Below, piece by piece: positions 63,975 through 64,000 of a stretch of 64,000 bases of DNA. The stretch covers positions 16,740,001 through 16,804,000 of the forward strand of contig NC_043007.1 of the NCBI RefSeq assembly GCF_006345805.1, written 5' to 3'. The notes beneath the pieces were generated by a model that was not told the origin of the DNA, did not search any database, and saw only the letters and a list, made by a program, of their open reading frames with translations. Every line of letters starts with the position of its first letter. Positions within the stretch are counted from its first letter, which is position 1. This DNA is from Octopus sinensis (lineage: Eukaryota). The translations under genes and the position numbers were made by a program.

Positions 63975-64000
63975 AAAAGAACTCCTCTTACACGACAGTG

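Overview
AT-rich, repeat-saturated animal genomic DNA. It is most likely an octopus (cephalopod) locus, inferred from the SINE/LINE complement and microsatellite load, not from a database search. Only one host exon is securely recognisable: an internal exon (2146-2310, minus strand) of a two-pore-domain K+ channel (K2P/KCNK, TALK/TREK-like cap and P1 pore). Its neighbouring exons were not found, so most of the window is probably a very large intron or 5' flank. The rest is mobile-element material: several tRNA-derived SINE families; 3' ends and fragments of RTE, CR1/L2-like and R4/Dong-type LINEs; mariner/Tc1 and Chapaev3-like transposase fossils; piggyBac-, hAT-, pogo- and Merlin-like MITEs; two non-autonomous Helitrons; and many microsatellites. 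The most interesting observations are: (1) a near full-length 7SL/SRP RNA copy fused directly to a LINE 3' tail; (2) about six different minimal type-I hammerhead-ribozyme motifs, several with non-canonical cores, in Penelope-like fold-back elements; (3) a LINE/SINE shared 3' stem-loop with compensatory changes; (4) a long-TIR element carrying telomere-like repeats; (5) three local templated duplications. Nearly all ORFs in the supplied track are microsatellite or repeat artefacts.
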